Assembly (NCBI GenBank): GCA_041554435.1
Contig: JBFFLX010000001.1
Span: 377 to 64,376 of the forward strand
Origin: Bacteroidales bacterium
GTDB lineage: Bacteria; Bacteroidota; Bacteroidia; Bacteroidales; F082
Length of the DNA stretch: 64,000 nucleotides
Direction of reading: 5' to 3'
This document shows, one piece after another, positions 48,763 through 58,051 of this stretch. The stretch's first letter is position 1, and every line of letters starts with the position of its first letter. The notes beneath the pieces are model-generated. The model was not told the DNA's origin. It ran no database searches and was given only the letters and a program-made list of their open reading frames with translations. The translations under genes and the position numbers were made by a program.

Positions 48763-49572
48763 TTATAGTTTTTCGCCACACTTTTTACAATATTTTGCAT
48801 CAATATCATGATCCTCAAACATACAGTTTTGGCATACCTGGGCTGTTTTACCTTTCTTATTTGATCCGATAATCATTTCACTGGAAATAATTCCTGTGGG
48901 AACAGCAATAATAGCATAACCAATAATCATTAATACCGATGCCAACGACTGACCCAATACCGTTTGAGGAGCAATATCACCATAACCAACAGTAGTAATT
49001 GTTACTATCGACCAATAGATGGCAACAGGAATACTTGTAAAACCATTTTCCGGTCCTTCAATTAAATACATTACCGATCCAATGATAATCACAATACTTA
49101 TTACAACTTCCAGAAAAACTATAATTTTTGCCCTTGAGTTATTAAGAGCAGTTCCGAGGCTTCTTGCGGCTGTTACATAACGTGCCAGTTTCAATACTCT
49201 AAAAACTCTTAGTAATCTTAATATCCTGATTATCATAAGGTAATGGCCACCGACTAAAAACAAACCAATATAGGTTGGGAGTATTGATAGCAAGTCGATT
49301 ATACCGTAAAAACTGAAGATGTATTTTGAAGGTTTTTTTACACTATAAATACGGAGTAGATATTCTATGGTAAACAGAATGGTCAGTATCCATTCAATAA
49401 TGCTGAAGAAACTCCCATATTTAATCGCCATTTCATTTACACTATCCAGCATTACTATAACCACGCTTAGAATAATTGCTATCAGCAGTGTAATATCAAA
49501 CACTTTGCCGACGGGTGTGTCAGCCTCAAAAATTATTTCATAAATATTTTGCTTCAGTGTTTTTTTTGTCAT
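48763..49572 (-). CDS. Voltage-gated-type K+ channel with a C-terminal zinc ribbon
   Basis: S4 RILRLLRVFRVLKLARY, selectivity filter TTVGYGD, and C-terminal CQNC...CKKC. Confidence 0.85.
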   Translation of the reverse strand: MTKKTLKQNIYEIIFEADTPVGKVFDITLLIAIILSVVIVMLDSVNEMAIKYGSFFSIIEWILTILFTIEYLLRIYSVKKPSKYIFSFYGIIDLLSILPTYIGLFLVGGHYLMIIRILRLLRVFRVLKLARYVTAARSLGTALNNSRAKIIVFLEVVISIVIIIGSVMYLIEGPENGFTSIPVAIYWSIVTITTVGYGDIAPQTVLGQSLASVLMIIGYAIIAVPTGIISSEMIIGSNKKGKTAQVCQNCMFEDHDIDAKYCKKCGEKL

Positions 49573-49648
49573 GGCGAAATAAAAAATCTAAAATAGGCAA
49601 TATTATAATATATCCTTAGTATATCAGGAATGATTATTAATTTAAGCA

Positions 49649-50413
49649 CTAAATGAGTTTGTTATCGAAAACGCCAATTCCAAATAAAGCAAAATCATAT
49701 TTAACAGGATCCTTAGGGTCGAATTTTCTTAGTTGGACAGTAAGTTCTTCAACTGATTTCCAGTCGTTTTGCTTCCTGACTAAAAGGCCCAGGTCGCGTG
49801 CGGTGTTACCTGAATGAACATCAAGTGGGATCATTAAAGCCGAAGGAGGAATAGATTTCCAAAGTCCGAAATCAACACCATTATTATCATGCCTTACCAT
49901 CCATCTTAAGAACATATTTGTGCGCTTTGCTGCTGAACCACTCAATGGATTTGCAAAATGTTTTTCGCTTCGCTTTAAATGATGAGTTTTAAGTATTTCA
50001 CTTCTTATTCCTCCAATTACATCGAATATTCTTTCGCCTTTTTTAAAGTACTTGAGTGCGCAGTCTTCCATACTTTCGAAATTTGAATATAATCCCTTTA
50101 AACCTTCAATGGCGAATAGGCAGTCGTCGTAATTGAAAGTACGATAAACAAATTTTTCCAATTGAATTAGCTCCTTTTTGCCGGCATTCATGATGAAGTT
50201 ATATGGCTCTAAACCCATGATGTTCATAAGTTTATTGGCACTTTTTAAAATTGCCGGCCTTCTTCCCCAACTGATAATTGAAGTTAAATAAGCGGCTATT
50301 TCGATGTCAGTTTTTTTACTGAACTTATGAGGGATACTAATGGGATCGTATGCAATAAACTCAGGTCTGTTATATTGTTTTACTTTCTCTTCCAGGAGTT
50401 GTTTTAGTTCCAT
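49649..50413 (-). CDS. TIGR02757 (DUF2400) family protein
   Basis: DPISIPHKF...DIEIAAYLTSIISWGRR and PLDVH patterns recalled for this family. This is memory-based only. Confidence 0.55.
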   Translation of the reverse strand: MELKQLLEEKVKQYNRPEFIAYDPISIPHKFSKKTDIEIAAYLTSIISWGRRPAILKSANKLMNIMGLEPYNFIMNAGKKELIQLEKFVYRTFNYDDCLFAIEGLKGLYSNFESMEDCALKYFKKGERIFDVIGGIRSEILKTHHLKRSEKHFANPLSGSAAKRTNMFLRWMVRHDNNGVDFGLWKSIPPSALMIPLDVHSGNTARDLGLLVRKQNDWKSVEELTVQLRKFDPKDPVKYDFALFGIGVFDNKLI

Positions 50414-50483
50414 TCACTTTTTGTTTAAAATCTCGTTGTGGAATAATCTGAGGCAAAAATAAATTTCTTATTGAGATTATCTC

Positions 50484-51257
50484 TTATTTATTAAACATAA
50501 GTGCTATTCCAAATTCCACCCAGGATAATTTCATATTTATTTCTTTATCTGTTTTATTGCTGGTCCAATAATAATTAAAAAACCGTTCCTGATATCTTAT
50601 TGTTGGGTTACTATAAGTATAAGAAGCAGAAATTTTCATATTCGTATTTTTCCCTACAGAGTAGTAAACTGCAATTTCTGGTTTGAAAATTAAGGATGTC
50701 CCTTCTCCTTCAAAAACTTTGTAAGTTGCAGGAGAGGATTCATTTTGAGTCTTGTAAAACCTATGTTCTATAGAAGGTCGACGCGAAAAAGAAATACCAG
50801 TTAATAAAGTAAAGTCAAATACCAGATCTTCTGTTTTAATTTGATAGTTTGGTCCAATATAAAAGTTTGTAAACCACCATCTCCCATAGTCCACCTCATG
50901 AATATAACCCGTTGGAATATTAACATAATCAAATATTGTGTCACTCGACTTATCGTAGCCAAATATGTTAATCCCCAGGCCTATTTTCATGCCAATATTT
51001 TTCTTTCCATGACAACCGTAAAAAGCATTCAAACTTAAACCTGTATTTCCGTACCCTGATTTTTTTGAACTTAAATCCTTGGAGGAGAGATCTCCAAGAG
51101 GGAATGCAATATTGCTTCCAATTTCAAGAAAAAACTGCGAAGAATCGATTTTAGTCTTTGTTTGGGAAATTGATGTGGAAGAATTAAACAGCATTAATAA
51201 AAATATCAAAATCAAATAATTCGGGTTAAATCTGTTAAGGTTTCCTAAAAATTTCAT
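50484..51257 (-). CDS. Putative outer-membrane beta-barrel protein
   Basis: Signal peptide, alternating beta-strand pattern, Gly/aromatic-rich. Confidence 0.45.
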   Translation of the reverse strand: MKFLGNLNRFNPNYLILIFLLMLFNSSTSISQTKTKIDSSQFFLEIGSNIAFPLGDLSSKDLSSKKSGYGNTGLSLNAFYGCHGKKNIGMKIGLGINIFGYDKSSDTIFDYVNIPTGYIHEVDYGRWWFTNFYIGPNYQIKTEDLVFDFTLLTGISFSRRPSIEHRFYKTQNESSPATYKVFEGEGTSLIFKPEIAVYYSVGKNTNMKISASYTYSNPTIRYQERFFNYYWTSNKTDKEINMKLSWVEFGIALMFNK

Positions 51258-51352
51258 TAAGTGGAATGGATTTAAATAATTAATTTATTTTTGTTTCAAA
51301 ATTACGTATATTAGACAATAAATCAAATTATTAAATTAAATTTCTTTCGAAT

Positions 51353-51754
51353 ATGAGAAAACTATTTTTTACACTTTTAATGGCAGTAGGTACTCTGCTT
51401 TTCTTTAACTTTACTACTTCTGGAGGAAAAGTTATAGCCAATGATTCAAACGATAAAACTATCGAAATTCCTGAGAATGTTCAAACAATTCTTGATAACT
51501 CCTGTTATGGTTGTCATAACTCTGACTCAAAAAACCAAAAATCAAGAGATAAATTAAATTTTGATAAGCTTAATAGTATTAAAACCTATAAGGCAATTGG
51601 TAAACTTACCGATATTGCTGATGTTATAAATGAGGGAGAAATGCCTCCAAAAAAGTTTTTGGCAAAATATCCTGAGCGTGCATTATCTGATGATGACAAG
51701 GAAGTACTAAAAAATTGGGCAACTGATGCTGCAGCAAATTTGGCCGGAAAATAA
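51353..51754 (+). CDS. Haem-binding domain protein (CxxCH)
   Basis: Signal/anchor sequence, CYGCH motif and GEMPPKKF. Confidence 0.65.
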   Translation: MRKLFFTLLMAVGTLLFFNFTTSGGKVIANDSNDKTIEIPENVQTILDNSCYGCHNSDSKNQKSRDKLNFDKLNSIKTYKAIGKLTDIADVINEGEMPPKKFLAKYPERALSDDDKEVLKNWATDAAANLAGK

Positions 51755-51759
51755 TAACT

Positions 51760-52212
51760 ATGAAAAAAGCAATTTGGCTATTACTAATTGGGGTTGTTGT
51801 ATTAATTCAATTCATCCCCACCGGGCGACCAGAATCAAAGGATAATAATCCTAATGATTTGATTGTAAATAATAATTTACCTGATAGTGTTGTTACCATA
51901 TTACAAACATCTTGTTACGACTGTCATTCAAATCAATCAGTTTATCCGTGGTATTCTTATGTGGCACCTGTTTCGTGGCTTGTGGCCAGAGACGTTCGCA
52001 ATGGAAAAAGCGAGTTGAATTTTAGTGAGTGGGAGAGTTTGGATAAAATGGATAAGGCCAAATTATTGGATGATTTAATAGATGAGGTTTCCAATGGGGG
52101 AATGCCACTTCAAATTTATCCACTTATGCATCCGGAAGCCAAACTTACTAAAGCACAGAGACAAAAGATTGTCGATTGGGCTGAAAGTTATGGTGAGAGT
52201 TTGTTTGAGTAG
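51760..52212 (+). CDS. Haem-binding domain protein (CxxCH), paralog of the upstream gene
   Basis: CYDCHSNQSVYPWYSYVAPVSWLVARDVRNGKSELNFSEW and GGMP. Confidence 0.7.
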   Translation: MKKAIWLLLIGVVVLIQFIPTGRPESKDNNPNDLIVNNNLPDSVVTILQTSCYDCHSNQSVYPWYSYVAPVSWLVARDVRNGKSELNFSEWESLDKMDKAKLLDDLIDEVSNGGMPLQIYPLMHPEAKLTKAQRQKIVDWAESYGESLFE

Positions 52213-52230
52213 TTTCTAGAAGACAAATAA

Positions 52231-52263
52231 AAAAGGCATGATCCTGCGATCATGCCTTTTTTT
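52231..52263. terminator. Bidirectional rho-independent terminator between convergent genes
   Basis: Perfect 9-bp stem ggcatgatc / gatcatgcc with a ctgc loop, flanked by an A-run upstream and ttttttt downstream. Confidence 0.8.
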
Positions 52264-52285
52264 ATTTTATAGAAATAAGAACTTA

Positions 52286-52828
52286 TTATGCTTTAATAAC
52301 ATTTTTCATTCCCATGGTAATGGCATCTTCATTCAAAGGAATGAGTTTATGATACCTTTCGGGAAGTGATTTTTTAAGTCCCTTGATAACATTTTCAAGT
52401 TTTACTATCGGCTTAACCTTAAGGTAACCGCCAAGAACAACCATATTAAATATTTTGGTATTGCCCATTTCTGCAGCAAGTTTGGCGCCTTCAATTTTAT
52501 AGATAGTGATATCTTTACGTGAAGGATGTTTTGAAATTCCGTTAGGATCGTAGAGCAAAACTCCACCCGGTTTAACAGTTTCTTCAAATTTATCCATCGA
52601 TTGCTGGTTGAGGATGATAGCAGTATCGTAAAATGTAAGAGTTGGAGAACTAATTCTCTCATCGCTTACGATTACGGTTACGTTTGCAGTACCACCTCTC
52701 ATTTCTGGTCCGTACGATGGCATCCAGCTAACTTCCTGGTCTTGCATAATTCCTGAGTAAGCAAGTATTTTACCCATCGAAAGCACGCCTTGTCCGCCAA
52801 ATCCGGCTATAATAATTTCTTCAGTCAT
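52286..52828 (-). CDS. 2-oxoacid:ferredoxin oxidoreductase, gamma subunit
   Basis: IIIAGFGGQGVLSMGKILA N-terminus, 180 aa, last gene of the OFOR operon. Confidence 0.88.
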   Translation of the reverse strand: MTEEIIIAGFGGQGVLSMGKILAYSGIMQDQEVSWMPSYGPEMRGGTANVTVIVSDERISSPTLTFYDTAIILNQQSMDKFEETVKPGGVLLYDPNGISKHPSRKDITIYKIEGAKLAAEMGNTKIFNMVVLGGYLKVKPIVKLENVIKGLKKSLPERYHKLIPLNEDAITMGMKNVIKA

Positions 52829-52851
52829 TTTTCCAATTTTTAAAATATTAC

Positions 52852-53643
52852 TTACTTTTCAATTAATTTACCATCAACTTTGATGTCGCCAAGTGGATAG
52901 AAAGGAAACATATTTTCTACCATCCAGTCGTTGGCATCATTAGGAGTCATTTTCCAACCTGAATTACAGTTTGAAACTATTTCAATAAATGTTGTTCCCG
53001 GAACTCCATTAATTTGATTTTCAAATGCTTTCTTTACTGCCCTTTTTGCTTTACGAACAGCAGCAGGTGTGTGAACTGCCTGACGTGTAACATAAGTTGT
53101 ACCAGGTAGTTGTGCTACCAATTCGGTGATTTTTAAAGGATGACCATTCAATGCGGCATCTCTTCCATAAGGAGAAGTAGAGGTTTTCATTCCTATCATG
53201 GTTGTAGGAGCCATCTGGCCGCCTGTCATACCATAAATACCATTATTAATGAATATCATAACAATGTTTTCACCTCTGTTACAAGCATGTATGGTTTCTG
53301 CTGTACCAATTGCTGCCAGGTCGCCATCACCCTGATAGGTAAACACAAGTTTACCGGGCCATAAGCGTTTTATTGCTGTGGCCAAAGCGGGTGCTCTACC
53401 GTGAGCGGCTTCCTGCATGTCAATATTCATAAATTCGTAGGCAAGTACCGAACAACCAACAGGAGCAATTCCTATAGTATCACCTTCTTTACCTAATTCT
53501 TCAATAACCTCCATGGTTAACCTGTGTGCAGTTCCATGACCGCATCCCGGACAATAACTGAGTGTTTTGTCAGTCATTAACTTGGTTTTCTCATAAACCA
53601 GGTTTTCCGGCTTAATTATTTCTTGTACTGAAAGTTCTGCCAT
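52852..53643 (-). CDS. 2-oxoacid:ferredoxin oxidoreductase, beta (TPP-binding) subunit
   Basis: CPGCGHG and the TPP motif GDGDLAAIG...NNGIYGMTGGQ. Confidence 0.9.
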   Translation of the reverse strand: MAELSVQEIIKPENLVYEKTKLMTDKTLSYCPGCGHGTAHRLTMEVIEELGKEGDTIGIAPVGCSVLAYEFMNIDMQEAAHGRAPALATAIKRLWPGKLVFTYQGDGDLAAIGTAETIHACNRGENIVMIFINNGIYGMTGGQMAPTTMIGMKTSTSPYGRDAALNGHPLKITELVAQLPGTTYVTRQAVHTPAAVRKAKRAVKKAFENQINGVPGTTFIEIVSNCNSGWKMTPNDANDWMVENMFPFYPLGDIKVDGKLIEK

Positions 53644-53646
53644 GGT

Positions 53647-54732
53647 TTATCCTCCTATTATTTTTTGTTCCAGGGCTTCTACTACTTCTTCAGGTGAGTG
53701 AATTACTCCACCTACGCGCCCAAAATGTTCTACTTTAGTTTTTCCTTGTACAGCAAGTTGAATATCTTCAACCATTTGTCCCATGCTCATTTCAACAGAA
53801 AGGAATCCTTTAATACCTTTTGCTGTAAAATCTTTGATTACATCAGATACGAAGGGCCAAAGGCTAATAACTCTCAATAAACCCACTTTAATACCTTTTT
53901 CACGAGCTAGTTTAACAGATTTTTGACAAATACGTGCACTGGATCCATAAGCCACAAATAAATAATCAGCATCTTCAGTATCAATTAGTTCGTAACGAAC
54001 TTCATTTTTTGTGATTTCTGCATATTTATCCTGTAGTTTATAATTATGTTTTTCCAACTTATAAGGATCCAAATCCAAGGAAGTTATAAACCTTCTCTCA
54101 CCGCCTTTTGGCCTGCCATTGGTTGCCCAGGGATATTTTTCTATAATTTCCTCATCTGACATACGTGGGATAGGGTCAAATAATTCAACCTTTTCCATCA
54201 TCTGTCCTATTAATCCGTCGGAAACAATTAAAACAGGAGTTCTGTATTTAAAAGCCAAATCGAAAGCAACAGGAACAAAGTCCGACATTTCCTGAACCGA
54301 AGAAGGTGCTAGTGTAGGTAAACGGTAATCACCGTGTCCTCCACCCTTAACCGACTGGAAATAGTCTGATTGCGCAGGCTGAATATCACCAAGGCCCGGG
54401 CCTCCGCGAACAACATTTGCTATTACACATGGGATTTCTGCTCCTGCAAGATAAGAAATACCTTCCTGCATTAAACTTATACCAGGGCTGGAAGAGGAAG
54501 TCATAACCTTCTTTCCTGTTCCGCCGCCGCCATATAACATGTTTATTGATGCGACTTCACTCTCGGCTTGTAAAACAACCATCCCTGTTCTTTCGTATGG
54601 TTTTTCAGCCATTAAATATTCTATAACCTCACTCTGAGGCGTGATGGGATACCCGAAGTAACCGTCGGCGCCTGCCCTGATAGCCGCTTCCGCCAAGGCC
54701 TCGTTTCCCTTCATTAATTTTAATTCACCCAT
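53647..54732 (-). CDS. 2-oxoacid:ferredoxin oxidoreductase, alpha subunit (VorB/KorA-like)
   Basis: MKGNEALAEAAIRAGADGYFGYPITPQSE N-terminus, 361 aa. Confidence 0.9.
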   Translation of the reverse strand: MGELKLMKGNEALAEAAIRAGADGYFGYPITPQSEVIEYLMAEKPYERTGMVVLQAESEVASINMLYGGGGTGKKVMTSSSSPGISLMQEGISYLAGAEIPCVIANVVRGGPGLGDIQPAQSDYFQSVKGGGHGDYRLPTLAPSSVQEMSDFVPVAFDLAFKYRTPVLIVSDGLIGQMMEKVELFDPIPRMSDEEIIEKYPWATNGRPKGGERRFITSLDLDPYKLEKHNYKLQDKYAEITKNEVRYELIDTEDADYLFVAYGSSARICQKSVKLAREKGIKVGLLRVISLWPFVSDVIKDFTAKGIKGFLSVEMSMGQMVEDIQLAVQGKTKVEHFGRVGGVIHSPEEVVEALEQKIIGG

Positions 54733-54744
54733 ATTGTTATTTTT

Positions 54745-54975
54745 TTAAGCAGTTTTTTTTACACGATAAACCGTGATTACGCCATCAGGGCATACAACTG
54801 CACAGTTAGTACATCCGGTACATGCCTCAGGGCTAGCCATATATGCATAATGGTAACCCTTTCCATTAACTTCTGATGCAAGTTCGATAACGTCAGTTGG
54901 ACAAGCAGGGACACATACTCCGCAACCTTTGCAACCTTCCTCGTTAACTACTATTGCTCCTCTGACTTTTGCCAT
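54745..54975 (-). CDS. 4Fe-4S dicluster ferredoxin (OFOR delta subunit)
   Basis: CKGCGVCVPACP and CTGCTNCAVVCP. I prefer the ATG at 54975 (MAKVRG) over the track's GTG at 55011. Confidence 0.88.
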   Translation of the reverse strand: MAKVRGAIVVNEEGCKGCGVCVPACPTDVIELASEVNGKGYHYAYMASPEACTGCTNCAVVCPDGVITVYRVKKTA

Positions 54976-55297
54976 AATATCTAGAAAGTTTAATTCAAAA
55001 TTTATTGGCACGAAATTACAGAATATAATTGAGTTTTTAGACTCTATTGCCTAATTTAAAACCGATTTAAAGAACAGTAAAAACTAAGTTTTTGAGAAGT
55101 TTGCTTTTTTTCTTGAATTATTGAAAATAATTTTGTTATAAGAGGGTGAAGTGTTTGTAAATCAGTTTTATATAGTGGCGCGCAAGTGTTTTTATTTTTG
55201 CGAATAATTACAAAAATCAATTTTATTTTTCTATTTATTTCATACCTGGAAGCATCAATAACGTATGGAAATGTTTTGGCTTAAGAAAATTTGTTAT

Positions 55298-57217
55298 TTA
55301 TTTAACAATTATTGTTGTCCTCCTGTTTAATGATCTTCCTTTTTCTGAAGAATTATCTGACACCGGATATTTTGAACCTCTCCCAATATGAGATAATCGG
55401 TTTGCGGAAATACCATTTTTTATTAGAAAGTCTTCAACTGATTTTGCTCTTTTATGTGATAACTCCAGATTATAATCGTCATTTCCAACATTATCAGTAT
55501 GTCCTTCTATAATTATACTTATTTCGGGCTTACTTTTTAGTAAGTTTATTAATTTGTTTAGTTCGGGGAAAGACTCATCCATTAATTTCCATTTATCCGT
55601 GTCAAAATAAATATTGTTTAAATCTACGCTGAGTCCCTTTTCTATCTTCACCAATTCAAAAATATTTTCTTTCTCTAAATCTTGTTCAATTTCGTATAAA
55701 GTTGAGGAATAAAAGAAATATCCATCCTTGGAAATATTAAAAGCATATGCTCTGTGTGGGAAAAGTACCGACATAAAACTACCGTCTCCGTTGTCAGACT
55801 CACTTTTGCTAAAAAGTTTAACTGTTTTTAAATCAGTAATTTCTATAGTAGATTGTAATGGTTTTTTACTTTTTTTATCTATAACTTTGCCTTTGAAAAC
55901 AACAACCTTTTCGGGCATAATGTCTATACTCAATCTCAATGAATAAATGTCGTAACGTGTTGAATCAGCATTTCTATTGGAAGAAATCCATGCTTTATTA
56001 CCCTTTAAAGAAGGGAAAATACTTATTTCATCGTATTTTGTATTTATGGGGTAACCCAAATTTTTTCCTTTTTCCCACCTATTGGTGAAGTCTTTTCGGG
56101 AAATTAATAAATCGTAGCCTCCCATACCTATGGTTCCATCAGAAGAATAGTAAAGAGTTCTTCCGTCGGGATGGATATATGGCGACATTTCATTTCCCGC
56201 GGTATTTATGCTGTCGCCAAGATTGATTGCCGGACTCCATTTACCGTTATCTAGTAATTCGCTTTTCCAAATGTCGGAACCTCCCTTTCCACCCTTTCTT
56301 CTGGAAGCAAAATAAATGGTGTTGCCATCGGCAGAAATTGATGCCTGTGAATCCCATGAAACTGAGTTTATTGATGAAGAAACTGGAGTAGCCTCACTCC
56401 ATTTGCCCGACTGCTTTCTGCTCAAATAAATATCACAACTTCCCATTCCTTCAGGCCAGTTACAGCCGGTAAAATACATATCTTTTCCATCAAAAGATAG
56501 CGACATGCCTCCTGTATTGCCCTGACTATTAGGGATTTTTAATTCTTTTGGGGTTTGCCATTTGCCATCAATTTTATTGCTTTCCATAAAATATTCACGA
56601 AAATAACTGCTGGCTAAGCCTAAATCGCCATAATCCTTTCTGGTGAAAACCAGATAATTTTCATCATCATTTACAAAGTTTATATACTCTTCGTTATTTG
56701 AGTTAAAATTTGAACCAAGCCTTAGGATATTTACATCAACAGGATTATTAATTGCATTTTTGGCAAACACTGCTTTTTCATAACCAAACTCAGCCAGCAT
56801 AGCCCTTTCAGGATTATTGCCTTCTAGTTTTAAATAGTATTTGTAAGCATTAATCGATTTATTGAATTCTTCTTTTTCCAGATATAAATCGCCTAGAAAA
56901 TAGTATACAGCGGGAAAAAAGCTTGAATCTTGTGATAGTAATTTCTCATAAATGCCTATGGCTTCATCAAATTTATATTGATCTCTGTAAACATCGCCAA
57001 GAAGCAAAATACATTCCTTAAAACTTTCATCTTTTTTGAGAGCCTTTTTTAAAATAATTTCTGCCTCAGAATAATTTCGTTGCCTTATAAAACTTTCAGC
57101 TTGTTTGAAATATTTTACAGCCTTTTTGTTTTTGCTTGAAAGCGAAGTTTGGGAGATGCCTTGATGTAGTTGGAACATCAAAATCACAAAAATTATATTT
57201 CTTAATATTTTCCTCAT
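55298..57217 (-). CDS. OmpA-family protein with N-terminal TPR and TolB-like (PD40) beta-propeller repeats
   Basis: Signal peptide, TPR repeats, and repeated S.DG..(L/I)YF.S pattern. The C-terminal OmpA motif is IIIEGHTDNVGNDDYNLELSHKRAKSV. Confidence 0.85.
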   Translation of the reverse strand: MRKILRNIIFVILMFQLHQGISQTSLSSKNKKAVKYFKQAESFIRQRNYSEAEIILKKALKKDESFKECILLLGDVYRDQYKFDEAIGIYEKLLSQDSSFFPAVYYFLGDLYLEKEEFNKSINAYKYYLKLEGNNPERAMLAEFGYEKAVFAKNAINNPVDVNILRLGSNFNSNNEEYINFVNDDENYLVFTRKDYGDLGLASSYFREYFMESNKIDGKWQTPKELKIPNSQGNTGGMSLSFDGKDMYFTGCNWPEGMGSCDIYLSRKQSGKWSEATPVSSSINSVSWDSQASISADGNTIYFASRRKGGKGGSDIWKSELLDNGKWSPAINLGDSINTAGNEMSPYIHPDGRTLYYSSDGTIGMGGYDLLISRKDFTNRWEKGKNLGYPINTKYDEISIFPSLKGNKAWISSNRNADSTRYDIYSLRLSIDIMPEKVVVFKGKVIDKKSKKPLQSTIEITDLKTVKLFSKSESDNGDGSFMSVLFPHRAYAFNISKDGYFFYSSTLYEIEQDLEKENIFELVKIEKGLSVDLNNIYFDTDKWKLMDESFPELNKLINLLKSKPEISIIIEGHTDNVGNDDYNLELSHKRAKSVEDFLIKNGISANRLSHIGRGSKYPVSDNSSEKGRSLNRRTTIIVK

Positions 57218-57260
57218 TGAGAAGACAAAATTAATGCTTTTTAGTTAGTAAGTTAACAGC

Positions 57261-57917
57261 TTAATTACCCCACTCTTCATAAAATCTGTCAAGAAACTGA
57301 AGCATAAATTCATGTCTCTCTTCTGCCATTTTAAGTGCTGTTTTAGTATTCATTTTATCTTTTAACAAAAGAAGTTTTTCATAAAAATGATTAATGGTAG
57401 GGGCCTTGGTTTTTTTATATTCTTCTTTGCTCTTAAAGTTAACAGGCTTTATTTCAGGATTATATATCTCTGTTCCTATATGTCCGCCATAGTTAAAAGT
57501 TCGTGCAATACCAATGGCACCAATTGCGTCGAGGCGATCAGCATCCTGTACAACCTCCAGTTCTTTGGAATTGAAACTTAAACCTTCAAAAGAGTTTTTA
57601 AACGATATATTTCTGATGATATTTTCAATATGTTCAATGATGTGTTTTTCCACATTAACAGATTTCAGAAAAGTTGAAGCCATTTCCGGTCCTATTTCTT
57701 CATCTCCTTCATGAAATTTTGGATCTGCAATATCATGCAGAAGCGCTGCCAATTCAACCACAAACTCATCAGCCACTTCTTCTTTGGCGATTTTCAAAGA
57801 TAAATTCCTTACCCTGTGGATATGCCACCAATCATGTCCTCCTTCTGCTTTATAAAGCACTTTTTTTACAAATTTTTCAGTTTCTTCAACTATCGATTTC
57901 TTGTTCTCTGTTAACAT
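57261..57917 (-). CDS. HD-domain phosphohydrolase (YedJ-like)
   Basis: HDWWHIHRV and LLHDIADPKF provide the H...HD...D metal ligands. Confidence 0.8.
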   Translation of the reverse strand: MLTENKKSIVEETEKFVKKVLYKAEGGHDWWHIHRVRNLSLKIAKEEVADEFVVELAALLHDIADPKFHEGDEEIGPEMASTFLKSVNVEKHIIEHIENIIRNISFKNSFEGLSFNSKELEVVQDADRLDAIGAIGIARTFNYGGHIGTEIYNPEIKPVNFKSKEEYKKTKAPTINHFYEKLLLLKDKMNTKTALKMAEERHEFMLQFLDRFYEEWGN

Positions 57918-58051
57918 TAGCTAATCTTATTTTTAATCAATCAAAATTAGCAAAGAAAATCATGTGCTAACTTAAATAGAATGATTATTTTTGCAGCCTT
58001 AAGTTTCATTATCCCGATTTTTCGGGAAAACAACTATTAAAATTACAGAGT

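Noticed and set aside
54976-55011. N-terminal 12-codon extension of the OFOR ferredoxin subunit from a GTG start. Similar upstream TTG/GTG extensions occur at 9826, 34595, 35461, 41447 and 59453.
   Set aside because: In each case an in-frame ATG gives the conserved family N-terminus (MAKVRG, MRKFY signal peptide, MNITIDTDAGFCFGV, MYLKKLKLTNF). The extensions add non-conserved residues or would overlap upstream genes extensively.
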